A program made the translations under genes and the position numbers. Shown here one piece after another: positions 1 through 9,323 of a stretch of 64,000 nucleotides of DNA (position 1 is its first letter; every line of letters starts with the position of its first letter). The notes under the pieces were generated by a model, which had not been told where the DNA came from, made no database searches, and saw nothing but the letters and a program-made list of their open reading frames with translations. The stretch is from Dehalococcoidia bacterium (GTDB lineage: Bacteria; Chloroflexota; Dehalococcoidia; UBA2979), in NCBI GenBank assembly GCA_965262725.1, contig OZ253555.1, positions 2,848,001 to 2,912,000 of the forward strand, written 5' to 3'.

Positions 1-1
1 C

Positions 2-730
2 CGCGCCGGCGGCGAGATCCGGCACGCCGAAGACGACGACGTGCACGCCCTCGCCCTCGGGGTGCTCGCGCCCGGCGCGGCGGTCCATCCGCGGCACGAG
101 CGCCGACGCGGGCGTCGCCGGGGTGAGCAGCGTGAACATGCGGCGTCCGCCCCTCCCCACGCGCTGCCACTCGAGGTCCCCGAACGGCTGGCGATGCAAC
201 TCACTCACCGTCTCCGTGCCAAGCAGGCGGTGGAACGTCGCGATCGCGCGGTCGCGATCGCGCACCGCGAGTCCGATGTGCGAGAGGGCGTACGGGGCGT
301 CGGGCGGCACCAGCGGCGGATCATCGACCTCAGGCGCGATCTCAAAGCGCACGCCGTGCGCCCCGCGCAGGTCGGGGCGCAGCCCGCCTCCTGAGCGTTC
401 CTCGAGAGAGACGCCGGAGGAGCGCAGCACGGCCGCCACCTCGGAGAACTCCGGCGTGCGCCACACCGAGAGGTAGTAGCCCTCGCCCTTCCTGTTGCGC
501 TCGTCGGCGCGGCGCTCCATCACTGCGGAGAGCGGTCCCTCGACGGTCGGCTGGAGGAGCCGCACCGAGCCCTCGCCCGCGGCGCCGAGCTCGAGCCACC
601 GCGCACCCTCCTCTTCGTCGACTCCGGAGTCGCCGACGTCGAGCCGGAAGACGCGCCGATACGCCTCGACCGCGATGTCGAGATCGGCGACCGCCACCTG
701 CAACTGCGCGTAACGGAGCGGCTGCACCAT
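2..730 (-). CDS. Two-domain VOC (glyoxalase/methylmalonyl-CoA epimerase-like) protein, 3' end beyond window edge
   Basis: Not in the ORF track; translated by hand from ATG 730: MVQPLRYAQLQVAVADLDIAVEAYRRVF...ERNRKGEGYYLSVW...AHGVRFEI...LSHIGLAVRD...EHPEGEGVHVVVF. Clear paralog of 10568 and 57567. Confidence 0.8.
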   Translation of the reverse strand, partial: MVQPLRYAQLQVAVADLDIAVEAYRRVFRLDVGDSGVDEEEGARWLELGAAGEGSVRLLQPTVEGPLSAVMERRADERNRKGEGYYLSVWRTPEFSEVAAVLRSSGVSLEERSGGGLRPDLRGAHGVRFEIAPEVDDPPLVPPDAPYALSHIGLAVRDRDRAIATFHRLLGTETVSELHRQPFGDLEWQRVGRGGRRMFTLLTPATPASALVPRMDRRAGREHPEGEGVHVVVFGVPDLAAGA

Positions 731-759
731 GACCGGACCTCCCGTCTTCTCGCGCCCCC

Positions 760-2184
760 CTACGGCGCACCCGCTATCGGCGGCCAGCGATCGCGCCAGG
801 GGGCGACTACCTCGAAGGCGGCCGAGGCGCGGAGCACGCTCGCGTCGTCCCGCCAGCGGCCGACCAGCTGCAGGCCGACCGGGAGTCCGTCGATCTCCCC
901 GCAGGGGACCGTGGCGGCGGGCTGCCCGGTCAGGTTGAAGGGATAGGTGAAGGCCGTCCACTCCAGGAAGCGGCGAGGGCGCCCGGCAACCGTCCCGGGT
1001 CCGTCGTCACCAGCCGCGAAGGCCGTGACCGGGAGCGTCGGCGTGAGGAGGAGGTCGTAGCGATCGAAGAACCGGCGCACGATCTCGGCGTAGGCGTTCT
1101 GCTCCAGGATCGCGCGCCCGTAGTCGGCGCCGCTGTAGCGTGCGGCGTCGCGCACGACTTCGGCCAGACCGGGGTCGAGCCGATCCCCGATCTCGTCGAG
1201 GCGAGCGCCGAAGAGCCCCGCCATCCGGCACGACCAGATCACATCGAGCACCGGGTAGGGGTCCCCGGCGTCGGGGTGGGCCTCCTCGACCCGCGCGCCG
1301 AGCTCGGTGAGCCGCAACGCCGCGGCCTCCGCGACGTCGGCGACGGCCGTCTCCACGGCCGCGAATCCGAGGTCACGCGACCACGCGACGCGGAGGCCGG
1401 CGAACGCGTCACCCCGCTCGCCGGCGGCGCGCCCCTCCTCGGTCGAGGCGAGGTGGCCGCCCACCGAGGGGAGCGACCCGCGATCGCGCGCGTCGCTGCC
1501 CTCCATCACGTCGATCATCAGCGCTGCGTCGGCCACCGTGCGCGCGATGGGCCCGGCGTGCGACAACGTGGAGCCAGCGGGCCACTGCGGGACGCGGCCG
1601 TAGGAGGGCTTGATCCCGTAGATGCCGCAGAACGCGGCGGGGATGCGGATCGAGCCGGCGCCGTCGGAGCCCTGCGCGATCGGGCCGATACCCGACGCGA
1701 CGGCAGCCGCGGCTCCCCCGCTCGATCCGCCGGCCGTGCGGCCCTCCCGCCACGGGTTCTGCGTGCTGCCGTACAGACGGTTGCTGGTGTCGCCCTTCCA
1801 GCCGTACTCGGACGTGTTGCTCTTCCCCAGCATCACCGCGCCCGCCCGGTAGAGGCGCTCCACGAGAGGCGCGTCCTCCGCCGGCACCTCGTCGTCGTGC
1901 AGCAGCGACCCGCGCGTCGTCCGAATGCCCGCTGTGGCCGTGAGGTCCTTGATCGAGACCGGGATGCCGGCGACGGGGCCGGCCGAGCCGTCGGCGTAGG
2001 CGCGCTCGGCGGCCGCCGCCTGCGAGAGCGCGAGGTCGGGCGTCGGCGTGACGAAGGCGCGCAGGCGCGGCTCGAGCGTCGCCAGCCGGTCGAGGACGAC
2101 ACGCGCCACCTCGACGGGGGAGAGCTCGCGGCGCGCGTAGAGCGCGCGCAGCTCGACGGCGGAGAGGGTCCACAGCTCGCTCAC
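760..2184 (-). CDS. Amidase signature family protein
   Basis: GIPVSIKDL, GGSSGGAAAAVA, GSDGAGSIRIPA motifs (Lys-cisSer-Ser triad); FTYPFNLTGQPA. Confidence 0.93.
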   Translation of the reverse strand: MSELWTLSAVELRALYARRELSPVEVARVVLDRLATLEPRLRAFVTPTPDLALSQAAAAERAYADGSAGPVAGIPVSIKDLTATAGIRTTRGSLLHDDEVPAEDAPLVERLYRAGAVMLGKSNTSEYGWKGDTSNRLYGSTQNPWREGRTAGGSSGGAAAAVASGIGPIAQGSDGAGSIRIPAAFCGIYGIKPSYGRVPQWPAGSTLSHAGPIARTVADAALMIDVMEGSDARDRGSLPSVGGHLASTEEGRAAGERGDAFAGLRVAWSRDLGFAAVETAVADVAEAAALRLTELGARVEEAHPDAGDPYPVLDVIWSCRMAGLFGARLDEIGDRLDPGLAEVVRDAARYSGADYGRAILEQNAYAEIVRRFFDRYDLLLTPTLPVTAFAAGDDGPGTVAGRPRRFLEWTAFTYPFNLTGQPAATVPCGEIDGLPVGLQLVGRWRDDASVLRASAAFEVVAPWRDRWPPIAGAP

Positions 2185-2424
2185 GCCCGCACGCTAGCGG
2201 ATCGCCGCCGAGGCTCGCCACCGCGGCAGCGCCCTCCCCGACGCCATCGCGGCGGCCCCGCTCGCCGCAACGCACCTTGGCCGCTGCGCGCGAAGGCGCT
2301 CGCTGGAATTCGCGCGATTATCGAGTACCTTCGCCCAGTTTTTGCAAGGTTTACACGGTTGCCGCTGCCCTGGCGCGGCCCAACGATGGACGCCGCCCGC
2401 AGGCAATGGTGCGAAGGAGCCGCC

Positions 2425-3372
2425 GTGAAGCGATGGGTACGCGTGCTCGGGCTGGTCGGAGTGCTCGCGCTCCTGGTGGCCGCACCGTCGGCTGCGTGCG
2501 GCGGCGAGGACGAGGGTGGGCCAGCGCCCGACGGCGGTGACTCCGCCTACCCGGTCACCGTGACCGACCTCCTCGGCCGCCGCGTGACGATCGACTCGAA
2601 GCCCGAGCGGATCGTCACGACGAGCCCCTCCGCCATCGAGCTGCTCGCGGACGTCGGCGGCGCGGCCGTCGCGCGCTCGACCACGGCGACCGCGGTGCCG
2701 GGCTCCGCTGAGCTGGCGGACATCGGGCCCTCCTACGCGCCCTCCTTCGAGCAAATCGTGGCGCTGGGGCCCGACCTCGTGGTCGCGGATGCCTCCGCGC
2801 AGGCACACCTCGCCGCTGCCTTCGAGGAGACGCTCTCGGGCACGCCGACGCTCTTCGTAGGCGCGCGCGCCTACGATGATCTCGCTGCGTCGGCGCGCAT
2901 CCTGGGGGAGGCGATCGGGAGCCCTGACCGGGGCGAGGCGTCGGCGTCAGCGTTCGAGGCGGTCGTCGAGGAGGTCGGCGGCGGGAGCGGCGACGCGCCG
3001 AGGGTCCTCGTCATGGTGGCGGGCCGCGACGGCACGCTCTCCGCGGCGCTGGACGGATCCTTCATTGGCGATCTGGTCACCCTGCTCGGGGGCGAGAATG
3101 TCGCTGCCTCGCTCCCTCAGTCCGGCCCGGTCCCCGGCTACGCCCTGCTCTCGCCCGAGTCCATCGTGAGCTTCGACCCCGAGGTGCTGCTGGTCATCAC
3201 GCCCGGGGGCGGTCCCTCGATCGCCGAGCTGCTGAGCAGGCAGCTGCCGGAGCTCTTAGCGGTGAGATCCGGCCGCGTCCACGAGGTCGACCTCGAGGTC
3301 TACCTCCAGGCGCCCGGCCCGCGAGCGCGCGAGGGTCTCCGCGCACTCGCCTCGCTCCTGAATCCCGGCTAG
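2425..3372 (+). CDS. ABC transporter substrate-binding lipoprotein, BtuF/FepB (cobalamin/siderophore) family
   Basis: GTG 2425 after GAAGGAG; lipobox-like PSAAC; YPVTVTDLLGRRVTIDSKPERIVT, PSFEQIVALGPDLV, QAPGPR. Confidence 0.88.
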   Translation: MKRWVRVLGLVGVLALLVAAPSAACGGEDEGGPAPDGGDSAYPVTVTDLLGRRVTIDSKPERIVTTSPSAIELLADVGGAAVARSTTATAVPGSAELADIGPSYAPSFEQIVALGPDLVVADASAQAHLAAAFEETLSGTPTLFVGARAYDDLAASARILGEAIGSPDRGEASASAFEAVVEEVGGGSGDAPRVLVMVAGRDGTLSAALDGSFIGDLVTLLGGENVAASLPQSGPVPGYALLSPESIVSFDPEVLLVITPGGGPSIAELLSRQLPELLAVRSGRVHEVDLEVYLQAPGPRAREGLRALASLLNPG

Positions 3373-3390
3373 CGGGCCGCCGGCTCCCCA

Positions 3391-4386
3391 GTGCTGGTCG
3401 CGGGACGCCACCGCATACGGCCGGTCCCGGCTCTCGCGGGAGCCTCGGTCGCGCTGCTCGTGGCGATGGCGGTCGCCGTCTCGTTCGGCGCGGTGCGGCT
3501 CAGCCTCGGGGAGGTCGTCGACGGACTGCTGGACTCGGGGGACGCGATCACGCGACGGATCGTGTGGCAGCTGCGCGTGCCGCGCGTGCTGGCGGCGGCC
3601 CTGGTCGGCGGGCACCTCGGCATCGCCGGCGCGCTGCTGCAGGGGGTGACGCGCAACCCGCTCGCCGACCCGCATATCCTCGGCTTCTCCTCCGGCGCGG
3701 GCTTCGTCGCCGTGGCGCTGGTCGTCTGGGCGCCCGGCTCGCCCGAGGCGCTCGCGCCGGCCGGCGCCTTCGCCGGGTCGCTGCTGTCGGCGGCCGTCGT
3801 GTACGCACTCGCGTGGCGCGGGGGGATCTCTGCCGTGCGCTTCGCCCTCTCCGGCGTCGCCGTGGCCGCGCTCTTCACGGCGCTCTCCGCGGCCGCGATC
3901 TCCTTCTCCGACCTCTTCACGCAGGCCGCACTCACCTTTCTCGTCGGCGGCCTGATCGGCGCCGGCTGGGACGATCTCCCGCGGATCGCCCCCTACACGG
4001 TGGCAGGCGCGCTGGCGGCGATCGCTCTCGCCCGGGCGCTCAACGTGTTGGCGCTCGGCGACGATGTCGCGCGCGGTCTCGGCATGCGCGTGGAGCGCGT
4101 GCGGCTGGGGGCGATCGCGGCCGCCGCGGCGCTCACGGGCTCGGCGGTCGCCGTGAGCGGCATCCTCGCCTTCGTCGGCCTCGTCGCGCCCCACGCGGGG
4201 CGGCTCCTGGTCGGGGGCGATCACCGTCTTGTGCTGCCGCTCTCCGGGCTCCTCGGCGCGACGCTCTTCGTGCTCGCCGACACCGCTGCGCGGACAGCCT
4301 GGGCGCCGACTGAGATTCCCGCCGGCATCGTCACGGCGATCGTCGGCGCCCCGGTACTCCTGATCCTGATCCGGACGCGCACATGA
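3391..4386 (+). CDS. FecCD/BtuC family ABC permease
   Basis: LRVPRVL, LQGVTRNPLADPHILG, LGDDVARGLG, FVGLVAPH, EIPAGIVTAIVGAP. Confidence 0.95.
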   Translation: MLVAGRHRIRPVPALAGASVALLVAMAVAVSFGAVRLSLGEVVDGLLDSGDAITRRIVWQLRVPRVLAAALVGGHLGIAGALLQGVTRNPLADPHILGFSSGAGFVAVALVVWAPGSPEALAPAGAFAGSLLSAAVVYALAWRGGISAVRFALSGVAVAALFTALSAAAISFSDLFTQAALTFLVGGLIGAGWDDLPRIAPYTVAGALAAIALARALNVLALGDDVARGLGMRVERVRLGAIAAAAALTGSAVAVSGILAFVGLVAPHAGRLLVGGDHRLVLPLSGLLGATLFVLADTAARTAWAPTEIPAGIVTAIVGAPVLLILIRTRT

Positions 4387-5231
4387 GTGACCCGCTGCTT
4401 GAGGCGCGGGACGTTCGGTGGTCGCCCCGCGGTCGCGACGTCCTGCGCGGGATCACGTTCGGGGTCGAGGCAGGCGAGGTCGTCGCGCTGATCGGACCCA
4501 CGGGCAGCGGAAAGTCGACACTCCTGCGCATCCTCGGGCGGCTGCTGCGTCCGAGCGCTGGCGAGGTGCGCCTCGCGGGGCGCGAGGCGTGGAGCCTTCC
4601 GCCGGGGGAGGTCGCACGCCGCGTCGCCTTCCTCCCTCAGTCGCCGGCGGCCTCGCCCGACCTCTCGGTGGAGGAACTCGCGTGGCACGGCCGCTACCCG
4701 CACCACGGGGGCCTCGCGCGGACGTTCGGGGGCGCCCGGCCGGCCGACCGCGCCGCGGTCGAGGCGGCCCTCACGCAGGCGGGTGTCGCGGAGCTCCGCG
4801 CGACCCGCCTCGGTGAGCTCTCGGGCGGCGAACAGCGGCGCGCCTGGATCGCGCTCGTGCTCGCGCAGGAGGCGGAGCTGCTGCTGCTCGACGAGCCGAC
4901 GACTTTTCTCGACATCGGCCACCAGCTGGAGCTGCTTACGCTCCTCCGGAGGCTCAACGAGGAGCGCGGCACGACCACGGTGATGGCGCTCCACGACCTG
5001 ACGTACGCCGGCTCGCACGCGACGCGCGTCGTGGCGCTGAGCAGCGGGACGATCGCCGCCGACGGGCCGCCGGGGCGTGTCCTGACCTCGGAGCAGCTCT
5101 CGGCGCTCTACGGCGTCGGTGTAACCGTGCTTCGTGGCCCCGCCGGAACGGCGAGCGTTCCTATCGTGGTTCCGGCGCCTGAGGCTCGGCGCTCGGGCAC
5201 TGGGTCGGGGACGCCTGGGCCTCGCGGATGA
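4383..5231 (+). CDS. ABC transporter ATP-binding protein (FepC/BtuD family)
   Basis: Walker A GPTGSGKST, LSGGEQRR signature, LLLLDEPT; ATGA overlap with permease. Confidence 0.95.
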   Translation: MSDPLLEARDVRWSPRGRDVLRGITFGVEAGEVVALIGPTGSGKSTLLRILGRLLRPSAGEVRLAGREAWSLPPGEVARRVAFLPQSPAASPDLSVEELAWHGRYPHHGGLARTFGGARPADRAAVEAALTQAGVAELRATRLGELSGGEQRRAWIALVLAQEAELLLLDEPTTFLDIGHQLELLTLLRRLNEERGTTTVMALHDLTYAGSHATRVVALSSGTIAADGPPGRVLTSEQLSALYGVGVTVLRGPAGTASVPIVVPAPEARRSGTGSGTPGPRG

Positions 5232-5604
5232 TTCGCGCCGAGAGCAGCAGCAGGACCACCGCGTGCAGGACAGCGACCAGGAAGAGCTGTGCGGCCAGCG
5301 TGGCGTGCGAGGCGTCCTCATCGAAGCTCGAGAGCAGGATCAGCAGGTAGAAGACGACTGCGAGCGCCAGCACGCGCGCCGCGACGCCACGCCAGCTCGA
5401 TGCCAGCTGCCGCATCGGAATGCGGAAAAGGTAGACGATGAGCACGATCACATGCAGCACGACCAGGGCTGCGACGTAGGTCAGGGCCGGCACTGCGCTG
5501 CGCAGCTCAAGCAGGGGCAGCAGGACGAACGATGCGGCGAAGACCGCGATCGTCTTGCGGATGAAGAGCGTCCTGTCGAGGAGCTCGACGCGCATGCCCA
5601 GCAT
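5161..5604 (-). CDS. Hypothetical membrane protein (~4 TM helices)
   Basis: ATG 5604 after GGAGG; four hydrophobic segments; no family recognised. Confidence 0.65.
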   Translation of the reverse strand: MLGMRVELLDRTLFIRKTIAVFAASFVLLPLLELRSAVPALTYVAALVVLHVIVLIVYLFRIPMRQLASSWRGVAARVLALAVVFYLLILLSSFDEDASHATLAAQLFLVAVLHAVVLLLLSARIIREAQASPTQCPSAEPQAPEPR

Positions 5605-5803
5605 CCCGCCTCCATCACGCCGCGAGCGCCCGGGCAACCATTGTGCAGGGAGTGTCCTTACCCCGCGAGTCGCCCCCCCCCCGGCCGGCTGCGATCGCGC
5701 GGTGCTGGCCGAGCCGGGCGCCGGGGGCCCCGCGGGTGGTATGAAGGCAGGCGACCGGAGCACACGCCACGGGCGGACCGCCCGTTCCGCGGAGGGGGAA
5801 GCG

Positions 5804-6952
5804 ATGCAGCGCAGCACGGAGCGGATCCTGACCACGCACACCGGAAGCCTCCCGCGGCCGGAGGCGCTGCTTCCGCTGATCTTCGCCCGCGAACGGGGCG
5901 AGGAGAGCGACTCTTCTGAGCGCCTCGCCGCCACGCGGCGCGCCGTGAGCGACATCGTCCACAGGCAGCTCGACTCCGGAATTGACGTGGTGAACGACGG
6001 CGAGCAGGGGAAGTCGAGCTACGCGACCTACGTCCAGAACCGGCTCGAGGGCTTCGATGGCGATCCGGTCACGCCCGCCCCCATCACCGACCCCGACTTC
6101 CCCGAGTTCTTCGCGCAGACGGCGTCGATGCGGCCGGGCGCAACCAACCCGCTGCTGCGCCGCCCCTGCAACGGACCGATCCGCTACCGGAACGTCGAGG
6201 AGCTTCGCGCCGAGCTTGACGACTTCCGGGCGGCACTCGAGGGTGTCTCGCCGGCCGACACCTTCCTCTCAGCGGCCTCGCCCGGGATCGCATCGATTTT
6301 CATCCCAAACGAGTACTACGCGACGCACGAGGAGTACCTGGGCGCGCTCGCCGACGCCCTGAAGACCGAGTACGACGCGATCCACGAAGCAGGCTTCCTG
6401 CTGCAGATCGACGCCCCCGACCTCGCACTCAGCCGGCCGCGCTACTTCGGTCACCTCGGCGATGAGGAGTTCCGCTCGACGATCCGGACGCACGTCGAGG
6501 CCATCAACCACGCCACCCGTGACATTCCGCCGGACCGCATGCGGATGCATCTCTGCTGGGGCAACTACGAGGGGCCGCACCACCGCGACGTGCCGCTTGC
6601 GCAGATCGTCGACATCGCCCTCGGGGCCCGACCGGACGGGCTCTCCTTCGAGGCCGCCAACCCGCGCCACGAGCACGAGTGGAAGGTGTGGGAGGGGATC
6701 GAGCTACCCGACGGGAAGGTGCTGATTCCCGGCGTCCTCGATTCGACGACGAACTACATCGAGCACCCCGAGCTCGTCGCCGAGCGGCTCCTCCGCTTCA
6801 CCGCGGCGGTCGGCCGCGAGAACATCATCGCGGGGACGGACTGCGGCTTCTCGACGGGCGCCGGATACCTTCAGGTCCACCCGTCGATCACGTGGGCGAA
6901 GTTCCGCTCGATGGCGGAGGGGGCCGCGATCGCGAGCCTGGAGCTCTGGTAG
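5804..6952 (+). CDS. Cobalamin-independent methionine synthase II family protein (catalytic half only)
   Basis: ILTTHTGSLPRP, VVNDGEQGK, LQIDAPDLA, Zn ligands HLCWGNY / SFEAA / GTDCGF; about 380 aa, no N-terminal folate-binding half. Confidence 0.92.
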   Translation: MQRSTERILTTHTGSLPRPEALLPLIFARERGEESDSSERLAATRRAVSDIVHRQLDSGIDVVNDGEQGKSSYATYVQNRLEGFDGDPVTPAPITDPDFPEFFAQTASMRPGATNPLLRRPCNGPIRYRNVEELRAELDDFRAALEGVSPADTFLSAASPGIASIFIPNEYYATHEEYLGALADALKTEYDAIHEAGFLLQIDAPDLALSRPRYFGHLGDEEFRSTIRTHVEAINHATRDIPPDRMRMHLCWGNYEGPHHRDVPLAQIVDIALGARPDGLSFEAANPRHEHEWKVWEGIELPDGKVLIPGVLDSTTNYIEHPELVAERLLRFTAAVGRENIIAGTDCGFSTGAGYLQVHPSITWAKFRSMAEGAAIASLELW

Positions 6953-7073
6953 CGGGCCAGATTCCCCGGACCGTCCGGCCGGCCCCCGCCCGACCCGCCG
7001 ACGACTGAGCGCGCCAACGCGCGCACGCCGGCCCCGGTATGCGCACGCGGGGAACACCTGTAGGATCGTGCCG

Positions 7074-7201
7074 GACATCGAGTCGGGGAAGCCGGCGTGA
7101 ATCCGGCGCTGTCCCGCAACTGTGACCCGTGCCCCTCCCGGCGAGGCGTGCGGGGAGCCAGAGTACCGGCCGGTGTCGACTGTCAAGCCTGCGAGGACAG
7201 G
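7074..7201 (+). ncRNA. Cobalamin riboswitch
   Basis: GGGGAA-GCCGG-CGTGAAT-CCGGC-GCTGTCCCGCAACTGTGA core; B12-box-like GAGCCAGAGTACC; closing stem GACATCG/CGGTGTC; downstream hairpin CCTGCGAGGACAGG complementary to TGTCCCGC (kissing loop); TAGGAT -10 at 7061; lies upstream of a BtuF-like gene. Confidence 0.93.
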
Positions 7202-7282
7202 TGATGGCATGCCCGGCGCCCGGCGCCCGGCTTGGCCCTCCTACTCCCGCAAGTGCCGCGAGGTGAGGTAGGGGGGACGTCC

Positions 7283-8347
7283 ATGATCCTGATCCGCATG
7301 CTCCTGCGCGCTGGCGTCGTGCCGCTCGCTCTAGTGACTCTTCTGCTCGCCGGGGGCCTCGCCGCCTGCTCGGACGACGCCTCGGCCCCGGAGGCCGGGG
7401 GCGACGCGGCCGCCACTCCGGTTCCCGCCGCGGACGCCGGTTCGACCCCGGCGCGCGGCGCGGAAGCCACCCCGACCTCCGCTCCCGGCGGGAACGCCGC
7501 CTCCAGCCCGGAGGCCGCCGCGGACGCCTTCCCCATCACCGTCGCCGGCTCCGACGGCCACGAGCTCACGCTTGAGGAGCGCCCCACGCGCATCGTCTCC
7601 TACTCGCCGGGGGCGACGGAGACCCTCTTCGCCATCGGCGCGGGGGACCAGGTGGTGGCCGCCGACGAGTTCTCCGACTACCCGGACAAGACCGCACTCC
7701 TGGAGCGCGTCCGCTACACCGACCCAGATCCCGAGCGCGCGATCGAACTCGAGGCCGACCTCGTGATACTCGCGGGTCAGCAAGAGGCACAGGTGGAGCA
7801 GCTCCGCCGCCTCGGCCTGCCGGTGCTCTTCAACCGCACTCCGGAGACGGTTGAGGGCATCTTCGACTCGATCCTGCTGCTCGGCCGCGCGACCGGACAC
7901 GACGAGGAGGCGACCGCTCTCATCGCCGAGATGCAGCGCCGCATCGAGGCGGTCGCGACGCGCATCGCCGACGTGGAGCGCGGCCCCGCCGTCTTCTACG
8001 AGCTGACCGACGACCTCTACACGGCCTCGCCCGACACCTTCATCGGCGGCATGCTCCACCTGCTGCGGGCGCAGAACATCGCCGACGGCGCAACGAGCCC
8101 CTTCCCCCAGCTCACGACCGAGGCGGTGATCGCCGCGGACCCGCAGGTGATACTGCTCGCCGATGGCGAGTGGGTGAGCGTGGAATCGGTGTCGGCCCGT
8201 CCCGGCTGGGCCGGTGTCGCCGCCGTCGCCGACGGCCGCGTCTACCCGGTCGACCCCGACCTCGGCAATCGCCCCGGTCCGCGCATCGTCGAGGCGATCG
8301 AGGGGATGGCGCGCCTGTTCTATCCCGACCTCTTCCCGGAGCCCTAG
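7283..8347 (+). CDS. btuF: Cobalamin ABC transporter substrate-binding lipoprotein
   Basis: Lipobox LAAC, Pro/Ala linker, PTRIVSYSPGATETLFAIGAGDQVV, NRPGPRIVEAIE; downstream of cobalamin riboswitch. Confidence 0.88.
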   Translation: MILIRMLLRAGVVPLALVTLLLAGGLAACSDDASAPEAGGDAAATPVPAADAGSTPARGAEATPTSAPGGNAASSPEAAADAFPITVAGSDGHELTLEERPTRIVSYSPGATETLFAIGAGDQVVAADEFSDYPDKTALLERVRYTDPDPERAIELEADLVILAGQQEAQVEQLRRLGLPVLFNRTPETVEGIFDSILLLGRATGHDEEATALIAEMQRRIEAVATRIADVERGPAVFYELTDDLYTASPDTFIGGMLHLLRAQNIADGATSPFPQLTTEAVIAADPQVILLADGEWVSVESVSARPGWAGVAAVADGRVYPVDPDLGNRPGPRIVEAIEGMARLFYPDLFPEP

Positions 8348-8434
8348 ACGACCGCTGCCCCGGCGCCGGCGGACGGGAGCGCCCCGCGCCGCCAGGGGAC
8401 GGAGTGGTGCTATCGTCGCGCGCGGAGGCTACGC

Positions 8435-9271
8435 GTGACCGTCGTCGATATGCAGATTCACCTCCGGCCAGCCGATAGTCCCGGCCGGCCGCCGGATCCG
8501 ACCATGCGCACGGGTCTGGGCGACGAACCGTTCGGGCCCGAGCGCTTCCTCCCGATGATGGAGGACTGCGGCGTCGATCGCGCCGTGATCGTGCCGCCGG
8601 GCTTCTTGCGCTCCAACAACCACTACGCGCTCGAGTGCGTCGCCGCGCATCCCGGCCGCTTCGGCGTGATGGGGCTGATGGACCCGACCGACGACGAGGC
8701 TCCGGATCTCATCGCCACCTGGCGGGAGCAGCCGGGCATGCTGGGACTGCGGGGCTCGGTCACCGAACTCGGGCGCGCGCGCTGGTCGTCGGAGGGGGCC
8801 GTCGAGCGCTTCTGGACCGCGTGCGCCGAGCACGATCTCCCCGTGACCGTGATGGCGGCAGGCGCGCTCGACTACGTCGAGGAGCTGCTCGGCCGCCATC
8901 CCTCGCTTCACCTCGCGGTCGACCATCTCGGACTTCCGCGCATCGAGGCGTCGTGGGACGACGCGTGGTTCCGGCAGATCGAGGCGCTGGCGCGGCACCC
9001 GAGCGTCGTCCTCAAGCTCTCGACTCTCCCCGCGCGCTCGCGCGAGCCCTTCCCCTTCGCCGACACCCACGCCCTCGCGCGGCACGCCTATCACACGTTC
9101 GGACCGGAGCGCTTGATGTGGGGCACCGACCACACGCAGACGCTCGGCCGGGAACGCGCGACCTACTGCGAGGAAATGCGGCTCGTGAGCGAGGGACTGG
9201 ACTTCCTGAGCGAGAGCGAGGCGATGCTCGGCGGGAACGCGCTGCGCTACCTCCGGTGGCCCGGCGACTAG
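8435..9271 (+). CDS. Amidohydrolase_2 family protein
   Basis: VVDMQIH, GVDRAVIV, VDHLG, VLKLS, FGPERLMWGTD, GGNA. Confidence 0.9.
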   Translation: MTVVDMQIHLRPADSPGRPPDPTMRTGLGDEPFGPERFLPMMEDCGVDRAVIVPPGFLRSNNHYALECVAAHPGRFGVMGLMDPTDDEAPDLIATWREQPGMLGLRGSVTELGRARWSSEGAVERFWTACAEHDLPVTVMAAGALDYVEELLGRHPSLHLAVDHLGLPRIEASWDDAWFRQIEALARHPSVVLKLSTLPARSREPFPFADTHALARHAYHTFGPERLMWGTDHTQTLGRERATYCEEMRLVSEGLDFLSESEAMLGGNALRYLRWPGD

Positions 9272-9323
9272 GAATCTCGGCAACCGCCCGGCGTCCCGTC
9301 GGCGACGGAGAAGGAGCGGGTCG

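Noticed and set aside
760-2184. Calling the amidase gatA
   Set aside because: No gatB/gatC is adjacent and it lacks the GatA-type DEFAMGS motif (has SEYGWKG).
5804-6952. Calling the gene metE
   Set aside because: It has only the catalytic half; function within the family is uncertain.
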